The translations under genes and the position numbers were made by a program. This document shows, one piece after another, positions 50,899 through 62,400 of a stretch of DNA of 64,000 nt. The DNA lies in NCBI GenBank assembly GCA_964106645.2, contig OZ067038.1; one strand, given 5' to 3'. This stretch comes from Podarcis pityusensis (Eukaryota). Position 1 is the first letter of the stretch, and each line of letters opens with the position of its first letter. The notes under the pieces were generated by a model, which saw only the letters and a program-made list of their open reading frames with translations, did no database searches and was not told where the DNA came from.

Positions 50899-53800
50899 CA
50901 GTGGTCCCTTAGTTTTAGAACAGCTTAGTTTATGAACAACTTGGATTAAGAACGCTGCAAATGCAGAAGTAGGTGTTTTGGTTTGTCAACTTTGCCTTGG
51001 AATAAGAACATGTTTTGCTTCCTGTTGAGTGTGTTCTATTTGTAAATTGAGTACCATGCTATGGGAAAGCATGCCTTGGTTTAAGAACGTTTTGGTTTAA
51101 GAATGGACTTCTGGAACGGATTAAGTTCGTAAACCAAGGTACTACTATATATAATTTCCAAGGGATAAGGAACTGGTGGCCCTCAAGATGTTATTGAACT
51201 CCTATTTCCATCAGCCCAAGCCAGTATGGTAGTGAATAGGGATGCTGGGAATTGTAGTCCCAACAATATCTGAAGGGCCGCAGGATCCACTCTTTTCCAG
51301 ATTCTATTTCTAGCTGCCACATGAATATTGTCAAGGGACGTGGGTGGCGCTGTGGTCTATTCTAACACCAACCTAATGTAATAACTGTGAGATAGGCTAT
51401 GTGGAAAAATTAATTTGGCCAAGGCTACTGGTCTAAACCACTGAGCCTGTTTGTCAGCAGTTCAAATCTGCATGACGGGGTGAGCTCATAGCTGTCAAGT
51501 GTCCCTTATTTGAAGGGACAGTCCCTTATTCCAGCACCATGTCCCGCTGCTGTCCCTTATTGATGGATGTCCCTTAAATGTCCCTTAAATTTCAAAGGAA
51601 GCTGCTCCTCTCCCTCCCTCCCTGCCAGGGAGGAGGGAGGTTCCAACTGTGTTGCTTGGCTGTGTTGCTCACCCAATAAGAAGTCTAAGAACGACTTGGG
51701 GGGTGGAACTTGCATGCCTTGTGTGTGGCTAGTTAATGCAAGCTGGGGGGGGGTTTTGAAGGCTGGACGCCATTTTGTTGCACGTGCTGCTGCAAACTTT
51801 GCAGTGCAGAGCCAGGCCGGGGAGCCATCTTAAGTTGAGGCTGCATAGGCCTTGTGGTGCATGTGATTCAGATTCTATTCAGTTGAACCTCTGGTTACAA
51901 AGTTGGTTGGACAGTGTTCTCGAAGCTACCAGCATGAGTTTGACCAGACTGCAGGAGGACAGGAAGACTGGAGTGCCTGGAACAGGTGAGGCTGCAGGTC
52001 CCTTATTTTGGCTGCTGGTCCCTTATTTTCAAATCTGTAAGTTGACAGCTATGGGTGAGCTCCCATTGCTCTGTCCCATTTCCTACCAATCTAGCAGTTT
52101 GAAAGCACGCCAGTGCAAGTAGATAAATAGGTACCACTGCGGCGGGAAGGTAAACAGCGTTTCCGTGCACTCTGGTTTCTGTCACAGTGTTCCGTTGTGC
52201 CAGAAGCGGTTTACTCATGCTGGCCACATGGCCTAGAAAGATGTCTGTGGACAAACACCAGCTCCCTCGCCCTGAAAGCGAGATGAGCGCTGCAACCCTA
52301 TAGTCACCTTTGACTGGACTTAACTGTCCAGGGGCCCTATACCTTTTTACCTATTATCATTCTCTTACTAATAGGGTTTTGAAGTTTTATGAGGTACAGA
52401 ATCCACCAGAGACATTCTGGTACCTACTAGTGTTTCAAGTTCTCAGCTGTGTTCGAAAGCTGAGAGAGAGAGAGAGCAGGTGTTGGTTTTCCCTGTGCTA
52501 TCTCTGTCCAAGGCCATTTGCCTCAGAGACAGGCTATATCTGTTGTCTGGCCCCCTGAAAATAAGATTGGGTATATTAGGTTGGTGTGAAAGAATAGAAA
52601 TGTCTCTGGGCCCCTTGAGACATTTGGGAAGTTGTTGTGGCTGGGCCCCTTGTTCTTTCTTTTAGTTTTGAACCTCTGGGCTCCTTCCATTGACTGTATA
52701 ACTTAGGTTTTCTCAAAGTGGTCAACATTGACCCTCTGGGGTTGATGGGACTGTGCAGGGGTGAATAAAGATCTGGGGGTCCAAAAGGGCCTGGGGTGGA
52801 AAAGGAATTTATAAGGTACAATGTGAAAAATAAATTTAATTACAAACTATTGAGCAAGGGCATGTTCAGAGAGCCAATGAATGCCCTTGCCATTGAGGAA
52901 CCTCTGTATTTAGACAAGATGATTCCACATTGCAACAGGATTCTCAGACCACGCTTTTCTGTTCTTTTGCAAAAAAAAAATGTATGTAAGTGCAGAGTTT
53001 CACTTGTAAAATATTTTTTTACAGTGTTAAAAGACTAATTATAACACTCCTCAACCAAATATATAAAAGCAAGCTGCCTTTGGGAAACTTCAGTGAGTCT
53101 TTAAAAAGCCTCACTTTTCTTCAGGGCTCTGCTTAGCTGCTTCCCAAGGCCACCACTTTATTTCCTAAGAATTTGGGTAGAGGTTGATGGCAACTTTCTG
53201 ATATCATCCAGTGGTCAGTGAACTTGAAAGTTTGGGAATTCCGATGTAACTTGTGCAATCCCTTTCTGTTTTTCTTTCTCTTGTTACGTACACGAGGCCC
53301 CTAATGCCAGGACGCAAACCGAGCAGTCAGATGACCTGCTGAAGCAGATGTCTGAGGAAGTTGCCATTGATGAGAGCGGTGGCTCAGGAGTTACGCCACA
53401 AGGTTCCTGTCTTGTTTTAAATCTGCTCAGTCTCCCCCCCTCCGCCCCCGCAAGTTGATTAAAAATGGAGGAACAAGCAAGTACACCTCAAGACCTCAAA
53501 GGGCACCACTGCTATAGATCAATATATTCATTACAGTATCATCACTCACTCAAGCACATCACCCAACATTTACTCCTTGCTGCAGGTCCCAGTTAAATAA
53601 TGTACGGTATATAAATGAAAACAAGGTTATTTGAATTGTTTCCATATACAGTGGTACCTTGGGTTGCATATTCTTCAGGTTACATACGCTTCAGGTTACA
53701 GACTCCACTAACCCAGAAATAGTACCTTGGGTTAAGAACTTTGCTTCAGGATGAGAACAGAAATCATGGGGTGGCGGCGCGGTGGCAGTCTGAGGCCCCA

Positions 53801-56800
53801 TTACCGTATTTTTTCGCCCTATAGGACGCACCGTCCCATAAGGCGCACCTAGTTTTTTGGGGGGGAAATAAAGGGGGGGGAATTATTTCCCCCCCAGGCA
53901 CGGGGCTGGGGAAGCCCAAGCTTCCCCCGACCCCAGCCCCCAGAACACGCAACTCTCCGCAAGCCGTGGGAGCCCAGCGCCGGGCTCCCACGCCTTGCGG
54001 GGAGCTGCGCAAAGTCTGGGCGCGCTGAGCTCAGCGCGCCCAGCCTTTGGCATGCAGGCAAATCTTCGCAAGCCGCGCGAGCCCAGTGCGGGCTCCCACG
54101 GTTTGCGGAGATCTGCGCGAAGCCTGGAGAGCGAGAGGGGTCGGTGCGCACCGACCCCTCTCGCTCTCCAGGCTTCAGCAAAAGCCTGCATTCGCCCCAT
54201 AGGACGCACACACATTTCCCCTTCATTTTTGGAGGGGAAAAAGTGCGTCCTATGGGACGAAAAATACGGTAGCTAAAGTGGTGCTTCAGGTTAAGAACAG
54301 TTTCAGTTTAAGAACGGACCTCTGAAACGAATTAAGTACTTAACCCGAGGTACCACTGTATACATCTTTGTTTGCTATGATCTCTTTAGTTACAGTTCGA
54401 GAACAGTATGAGTACTTTGATCAGAGTCATGGTGCAGTGTCGTTCTTTGGCTGACATGTTTTTATTCATTTTACAGTGGTACCTTGGTTCTCGAACTTAA
54501 TCCATTCTGGGAGTCCGTTCAACTCCTGAAACCATTTGAAAACCAAGGCACGGCTTCCGATTGGCTGCAGGAGCTTCCTGCAGTTAAGTGGAAGCCACGC
54601 TGGACGTTCGGCTTCTGAAAAACGTTTGCAAATCGGAACAGTTACTTCTGGGGTCGTGGCGTTGGGGAGCCGATTTGTTCGGAAACTAAGCCATTCGGGA
54701 ACCAAGGTTCCACTGTATTTATTTCAAAAAAAAATATAAGCTACTCATTATAAAATATCAGGAGTGGAGTACAGAAAACCAAAAATAAACATAAAATATG
54801 CAGTAGCGATAATAGTTAAAATTTCAGTACAAGACCAGGAGATGATCAGTGGACAGCAATAAAACAAAACTTAAGTATGCCTCTGAAAGAGACCACTCCT
54901 GATTCAGATGTTATAGAGCAAGAAAGCTGAGTGGTCTTCAGCTTACTGAAAGCATTGTGTTGCAGATCTGCTAATGACTACTTCCAATGGCTTCATTTAG
55001 GCATTAAATAGGAATGGGGAGAAAATAGTGCCCTGTGGTGCTTCACAGCATAACTGTTAGGGGACCAAGATTGCTTTCCGAAATTGACCCAGCTGATAGA
55101 TACAGAACCACTGCAAAAGTGCACCTCTAACCCTCAGAGGAAATCCTCAATAGTATCAAACCTCTCTTTCATAAATAACTCCTACAAAGATGCATCTCCC
55201 CCCCTCCCCCAATATTTAAAAGTATACAGGGAGGTCTTACTTTTTATCATACCCACCAGAAATTTGACTCCCCTCCTATGTATATAGCAGGTGTGGGGCT
55301 GAATGTGGCCCTCCAGCCTTCTCTATCTGGCCCCCAGGACTCTCATGGAGCAGGAAGGGCCAGCATGTTGGGTTGGTGGTATGGAGCTGCCTCTCTGACA
55401 CCAGTGTCCTCTGCAGAATGGTGGCAGCAGGGATAGGGTTCTAGCAGGCACACACTAGTGGGAATGCAGGATTGACTCCACTGGTGCAGCCACACAACTG
55501 TGATGTCACCCTGCTCAACCCCCATACCGACCCAGAAAGCAGCAGTGACACTACTGTCCAGAGGGCTCCATGCTGCCTGCTCCTGTTCTTCAGTGTTGTT
55601 GTTTTTCCCGTCCTTAAACTGTGTCTTCTACTTGCCTGGAAGGCAGAGTAGGTGGGAGGTGCAGAACCCTCTGGTTTTTGTGGGGCTAGAATGTATCTGC
55701 TGCGCAAAGGTGAAAGTCACATCGATTGTTCCGCCCATGTCTGCCTCTGGCCCAACCCTCTGCTGGCATTTGGACCTTGGGAGGTTCCCTGAGAGCAGAC
55801 CTCCCTAAGCGAGTCCTAGGCTGAAGGCAAACCTAACATTTAAAGAGAAATGGTAGCGGGTTATTTGCTGTTAATTTTCACTAGGTGGGGAGAATAATTA
55901 TTCACGCCCTGCAGTGTGAACCTGGCCTGGCAATTTGCAGAACAGATTCACATACCAGAAATTCAAAATCTGCATCATCTTCCAGCCTTACCCCACCCTC
56001 TCTTTGTGCTTCAGGAGGGCTTTTCCTCTTTTATGGTTTTGGGTTTTTTTTGTTATTATTTTTTTAAAGTGCCACATGTAAATTTACACTTATTTTACTT
56101 AGCAATTGCAAACGTACGATTAAATAGAAAGGTGATGGAAGATCCTTGCTTTTCAGGCTTTAGAGGCTCTCTTGTAGGGCCTTGCAAGATCTCAAGCAGC
56201 TGGGGGAGTTCCAGCGGTTGTTTTGACTTTGCATGATTTGGCCTTTGCACATGAACCCCCAGAATGTAACCCAAGTCAAGATCGACCAGTGTTACTAATT
56301 AATCGCTATTTTTTAAAGAAAGCATTTTGAAAAATTAGTGCAAAACTATTCTGGGAGGGAGCAGAGCTTTTTTGATGTTGCAGGTGCCAGCCAACCGCAC
56401 TATCCACAGCTGGGTCCTGCTGCAAACTAGCAGAACTATTCCACTGCATCAGGCCACAGTTTTCCTGGGCACAGAAACTTACCATGAAAATTCGCTTTGA
56501 ACATCACACACTACTGGCATGAAAGTATATCCTTCAGTGTTATATCTCCAAGCGTCTTGAACCTTAGCTGCATTTCCAGGAAGATCAGCCCCATCATATC
56601 AGGCCTTCTAAAGCCCCCAAAGGCTTTAATCGTTTTCCGTCATGTTCTTGTAAACAGAATTGCATGGGGTTGTTGAATCTGCAATACCCTTCTAGCTTTA
56701 ATGATTTATGGGGTCTTAGTTATTTTATTGGGATTGATGCAGCAGTGCCCAGTGGGACAATGCTGTATTGTTGACCTGGCTTCTTGATGCCACACATCGC

Positions 56801-59356
56801 GACTGACTACTGAGAGGGAAGGCAAGGCGGCAGAGAGCTTACTGCAGGGTAGGCACAGCAGCAGGAGTATCGTGTTGGCTCCAGCACTTTGCCTGCAGTA
56901 CACCAAACTCCCTGCCGCCTTGCTCCTCCCCATCCCCCAGCTTGGTAACGCATCAGTGGTGCTTGACACTGGGAATGCAGCCTTACCGGCTGCTACCGAT
57001 TAGATGGAGGAATGGGGTGGCGCTGTGGTCTAAACCACTGAGCCTCTTGGGCCTGCCGGTCAGAATGTCAGCAGTTCGAATCCGCACGACGGAGTGAGCT
57101 CCCATTGCTCTGTCCCATCTCCTGCCAACCTAGCAGTTCGATAACATGCCAGTGCAAGTAGATAAATAAGTACCGCTGCAGTGGGAAGGTAAACGGCATT
57201 TCCATGTGGTTTTGTTTCCATCACGGTGCTCCTTTGCACCAGAAGCGGTTTAGTCATGCTGGCCACATGACCCAGAAAGCTGTCTGTGGACAAATGCTGG
57301 CTCCCTCAGCCTGAAAGCAAGATGAGTGCCGCAACCCCATAGTCGCCTTTGACTGGACTTAACCGTCTAGGGGTCCTTTACCTTTGCCTTTACTGATCAG
57401 ATGTGTTTTATTTGCTGGCTGCTGGTTCTTATTTGTTCTTGCTGTAATCACAATCCTTTTCATGGGGCGATAGACATTGCAGACTGAAATAGCATTGTTT
57501 TTATGGTGATGTGGGAGCCAGATAATAGATGTTCCATCTGCTGCATTTGGTCTGGGAGGTTTGTGCTGCGTGCATCATTTAAAGTTGCAGTCATCGTGCA
57601 ATGGTCATATATTTCTGAATTAATCCTAAGTCTCTGCTTTTCCAGAAGTTAGGACCCAAACTTTAAATGACTTAAATCGAGCCGACAGCATTGGCGGCAT
57701 TGATGATATGGATCCCAAACAGTTGGAGGAGGAGAAGAATAGATTGCTGGCATCGGCGGCGACTGAGCTGAGGGAAGACAACACCAGGCAGGAGAAGATT
57801 CTAGAAGTAGCCAAGCGATTGGCTGCACTAAAAGGCCAAGATCCTGAGAAAGGTGTGTAACATGGGATATTAAAGTAAGCAGAAAAACAGGCACTCTGTT
57901 TCCTTAAGAGGAGTCGTTCTCAACAGGAGGAGACAGTGCCAGTGCTCTTGGGTCCTGCTTGCAGGCTTCTCCGTGGAATACAGTCAAATTTCGGTTGTCA
58001 AATGTAATCCGTTCCGAAAGACCGTTTGACTTCAGAAACGTTTGACAACCGAGGCTTAGCTTCTGATTGGTTGCAAGAGCTTCTTGCACTCAAGCGGAAG
58101 CCATGTCGGATGTTTAATTTATGAAAAATGTTTGTAAACTGGAACATTTACTTCTAGGTTTTCAGCATTCAGGAGCCAAAACGTTCAAAAACGGAGCTGT
58201 TCAAGAACCGAGGTTTGACTGTATTTGGTTGGCCACTGTGAGAACAGGATGTGGGACTAGATGAGCCACTGGCCTGAACCAGCAGACCCTTCTTACGTCC
58301 TTACATTTTCTTTGTTGGCTAGTGGGAATATGCCTGACAAACAATTGTCGAAAAATATGACTGTTTCCTAGTGCTGTGATTCTGGTTTTTTAAGGAACAA
58401 GTAATTGGTATCGGTGGATAGCTCGAAGCTAACTTGTAACAGAAACCCTTAGTTTCTTTCAGAAGCGAAACTGTTTGAACAAAGCCTGATTTGCGTATAG
58501 ACAGGCCTGTAGCAAAATTCAGTACTTAGCTGTGTTTTCTCCAGCCTTGGGCATTTGCCAGGGGCCTGGTCTTCTCTCATATTTCTTCACCCCTGGGTGC
58601 CTAGCATTGCTCAGGAATTTGAAGAAACAAAAATAACAGTGCCATTTTGAAAGGTTTGGTCTTCCATTTCCCCTGAGCCATAGATTAAAAACCTGCTCCT
58701 TGATCTCAGGAACCCGCATTCAAAATGTGATTTATGATACCTTAAGAGGTGTCCAAATGTGTATCAAACAGACAAATACCTTTGCAGAACATTATTATAA
58801 TAAAATAAAATATACATACTATTCCTTCAAGTAATCCCAAGTGTTAGAAAATATTGCAGCCTGTGCAACTGGGTCAGCTGCACAGTAGCTTCATGCTCCC
58901 TCTGTAATCAATAACTGCATTCTCACATTGACTGCTAGGGTTCCCAACTAACTGAAGGAAAGACAATACCTTGGCCTAATCTTTTGCCTTTGATATAACC
59001 TTGATATGCAAGAGTGAGTGTGTGGAACTTACTTTTCCACCTAAAAAGTATCCGCTGCTAATCCTGCAAACAAAGCTGCTGTCAAAGTGACCTCTCATCC
59101 ATTAGCAGCTCCATTTGCCATAGCTAGAGTTAGCCTTGCCTACACTGATGATGGGAGAAGGAGGATCCTGGATGTCTTTAGAAATCCTACTGACTGGAAC
59201 CAAAAGTAACATGTTTCTCCTGGGACTCTACCATAAAGAATGATCAGCCTAGAGAGCCTGGGCTGAACAAGAAGGAAGAACTGGCTGCTAGAGAAACAAG
59301 GCCACAAAAGGAAGAGGGCGGATTGCTAGCTTCCTTGAGCCCAAAGGCAGCAAATA

Positions 59357-59404
<48 letters not shown>

Positions 59405-62400
59405 TTATTTGTACCCCGCCCATCTGGCTGGGTTTCCCCAGCCACTCTGGGCGGCTTCCAACAAAGATTAAAAATACATTAAAATGTCACACACTGAAAA
59501 CTTCCCTCAACAGGGCTGCCTTCAGATGTCTTCTGAATGTCAAGTAGTTGTTTATCTCTTTGACATCTGATGGGAGGGTGTTCCACAGGGCGGGTGCCAC
59601 TACCAAGAAGGCCCTCTGCCTGGTTCCCTGTAGCTTCGCTTCTCGCAGTGAGGGAACTGCCAGAAGGCCCTCGGCACTGGACCTCAGTGTCCGGGCAGAA
59701 CGATGGGGGTGGAGACACTCCTTCAGGTATACTGTGCCATCTGATGATGGAATGGAAGTGACCAGGGAACAGCCTTTATTCTTCTAAGAATACACCCGTC
59801 GGGGGTGTATTAGTGGTACATGCTATCACGTGGTCCTTTATTCTCTCTCCAGCGTTACAGGGACTAGAAATACACTAAAGAATGCGAACCAAAATAAAAA
59901 CCCATCTTCCCATAGGGAGGGCAAATCTGCAAAGGAGGGCAAGAAACATAAGATGATGATGGGCCGTCTTGATGAATTGCATCTTTAGCTCCTCAGTTTC
60001 CTCTTCTTTCTCTTGCAGTGACTTTGGATGACTACAGATTCCCCAATAGTGATGAAGAAATAGAAGAAGAAGAAGCCATTCAGAGAGTTTTGAAACAGGT
60101 CCATAGTAATTGGAATTGAGTTTTGCATTTGTTAAGCCTCTTGTTTTTGCCTTGCTGCAAAGACAAGATTTCTGCTATGCCCAGCTTCTTATCTTTGCTG
60201 TAAATCCATCCTCAGAGTGTGCTCCTAATGGTTTTCCCAAATTAGTCCATAAGCCTTGTAGAGTACTATGTAGAGCTTTCACTCTATTAAAGAAATCGTG
60301 TAATGCAGTTCCTGTGCGCGTCAGCTTAGAGTTAAAATGAAACTTACTCCCATTAAAATATGTGGACAACAGCCACTGTAGTCAATTAACTGTAGGAGTT
60401 GTGTAGTACAATTTTATTTATCTGTAAACTCATTTATAGGTTGCCTTTTGGGGTATAGCCCATCCAAGGCAGCTTACAGCATCATAAAAAGCAATACCAT
60501 CTAAAACTCACAATGGCAGCCGTTCAGCAATTGGATGCATGTTTACTCAAAACTAAAGCATTCTGTAATCTTTGGGCTCTTCCTGCAGGCTCACAACAAG
60601 GGGAGGGGAATAGGAAGTACGTAGTAAGATGAACAAATATTTGCTATTCAGTGGAAGCAATGAAAGAATGATGAAACAAAGATAGATGTAAGAAAAATAA
60701 TAAAAATCAAAGCTGTCATGCTTGAGACTTTTGAAAAGGGTTTTGAGAGGCAGAAAGACAAGCCATGCAAATGTCTGAAGGGAAGCGCATCCATATTATT
60801 GATTTTGTTACATAATTTCTAGCCAGAGGAGCTACCCACAACAACCTGTGAGGTAGGTTAGAGATATTAATTAGCTGAGTAGGAATTTGAACCCAGGTGC
60901 TCCCTGAGTATTTGATGACTAGTAATAGTATTTTTGGTCATAAATGCCCTTTGTAAAGCTGCTTTCTTTCCTGCCCAATAGTTAATCTGGTGGCTGCATG
61001 TTTGTTTACTAAACCAAAGATTAAGGAAGTAGTAGAAGAAAGACACTTCTGAGAGGAAGGTTTGTGTGAAGAAAAGTCTTTTGTTTCAACTGCTGTTGTT
61101 TCTGCCTTCAGCTTACTGAGGAGGCGGCTCTGGATGAAGCAAGCGGCTTCAATATTTCTCCAGATCGATCCACCCAACCAGCGACAGCCCAACAGAAACC
61201 AGCCAGGAAACCCGAGCAAGTAAGCAGCCAATTCAATCCTATATTCAGTGCTTTTTTTTTCTAAAAAAATGTTTGGGGGTACTCTCATTTCGACTCAAGA
61301 AAATCAGTGTTTTATAGCTCAAATCAGGAAAAATAAATACAGTAAATGGACAAAAGTACAAAGATTCACAAAATGTTTAGGGGTATGCGTACCCCCACAA
61401 AAAAGCACTGCCTATATGTGTGGCTTTCTCTGACTTTGCTGTGCTCAGTGCAGTGTCAGGCTGATCCCAGCAAGGCCCTTTTTAGTTTAGGTGTCATCCC
61501 ATCGTGCTAAATAGCACCTAAACAGAAACAACAACAAAATGCCCATGGGCCTAATGGTTAAGCTGAGAAGCGAAAGACAAAATGACTCCTCGAAGGCCAG
61601 CTAATTCTGAGCCACATTCTGTGTCCTAGTTCTGTGTTATGGCAAACAATTCAAAGCCCTCCAGCTGTAGGCAAAATTGATAGGTGTCCTCTTCTAGAAC
61701 AATAGGTTTTGATGTTTATGTGAGCAAGAAGAGATGCCCGAAGTTGTGTGTGCACTTTAAAGTAAATAGCAATCAAGCATGACTGGTGCTAATGTGGGAA
61801 ATAACAAACAGTTCTTCCACATGCTTCCTCTGTGACTTTACAAAACTCACGTCAAGGCCTCATCGCTTCAGATGGGCCCTTCCTGTACCAAGCAAAAGCG
61901 GTTCTTCCTTTATTGCTTGGGCTGTTCTGCATTGTCTTCAGGTGCCCAATATTGCACAGGGTTAGAAGTGTATTCTGGGGCCTGCAGCAGAGTTCGTAGC
62001 AGCTCAGTTTTATTTTATTTTTTGAGTTTCTGGTCCTTGTGGCTGTAAGATTTTAATACTTCACATTTATGCAGACATTTCAGGTGTCTCAAACGTTTCA
62101 TGTATATTCCCAGTATATTCCTTAAAACAGCCCTGTAACATGGGGTAACACCAGTTACAGAATCACAAAACAGAGAAACCAGTAGGAGAACACTTCAATC
62201 TCCCAGGACATTCTATACAAGATCTCAAAGTAGCTGTTTTACTACAAAGGAATTTCAGAAATAGACTGGAAAGAGAAGCTGCTGAATTACAACTCATTAC
62301 CAAACTTAAAACAATGGAGAGACCTGGTCTGAACAGAGACATCGGATTCTTATCTCATTATACATGACTAAGCCATTTCTCACCTTCTCACCCCTTGCCT

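Noticed and set aside
50859-53287. U12-type AT-AC intron to explain the AC acceptor
   Set aside because: The donor is GTAAGA, not ATATCCTT or GTATCCTT, and there is no TCCTTAAC branch site
59789-59811. Hairpin AATACACCC-GTCGG-GGGTGTATT
   Set aside because: A single 9-bp stem is not unexpected by chance and has no supporting context
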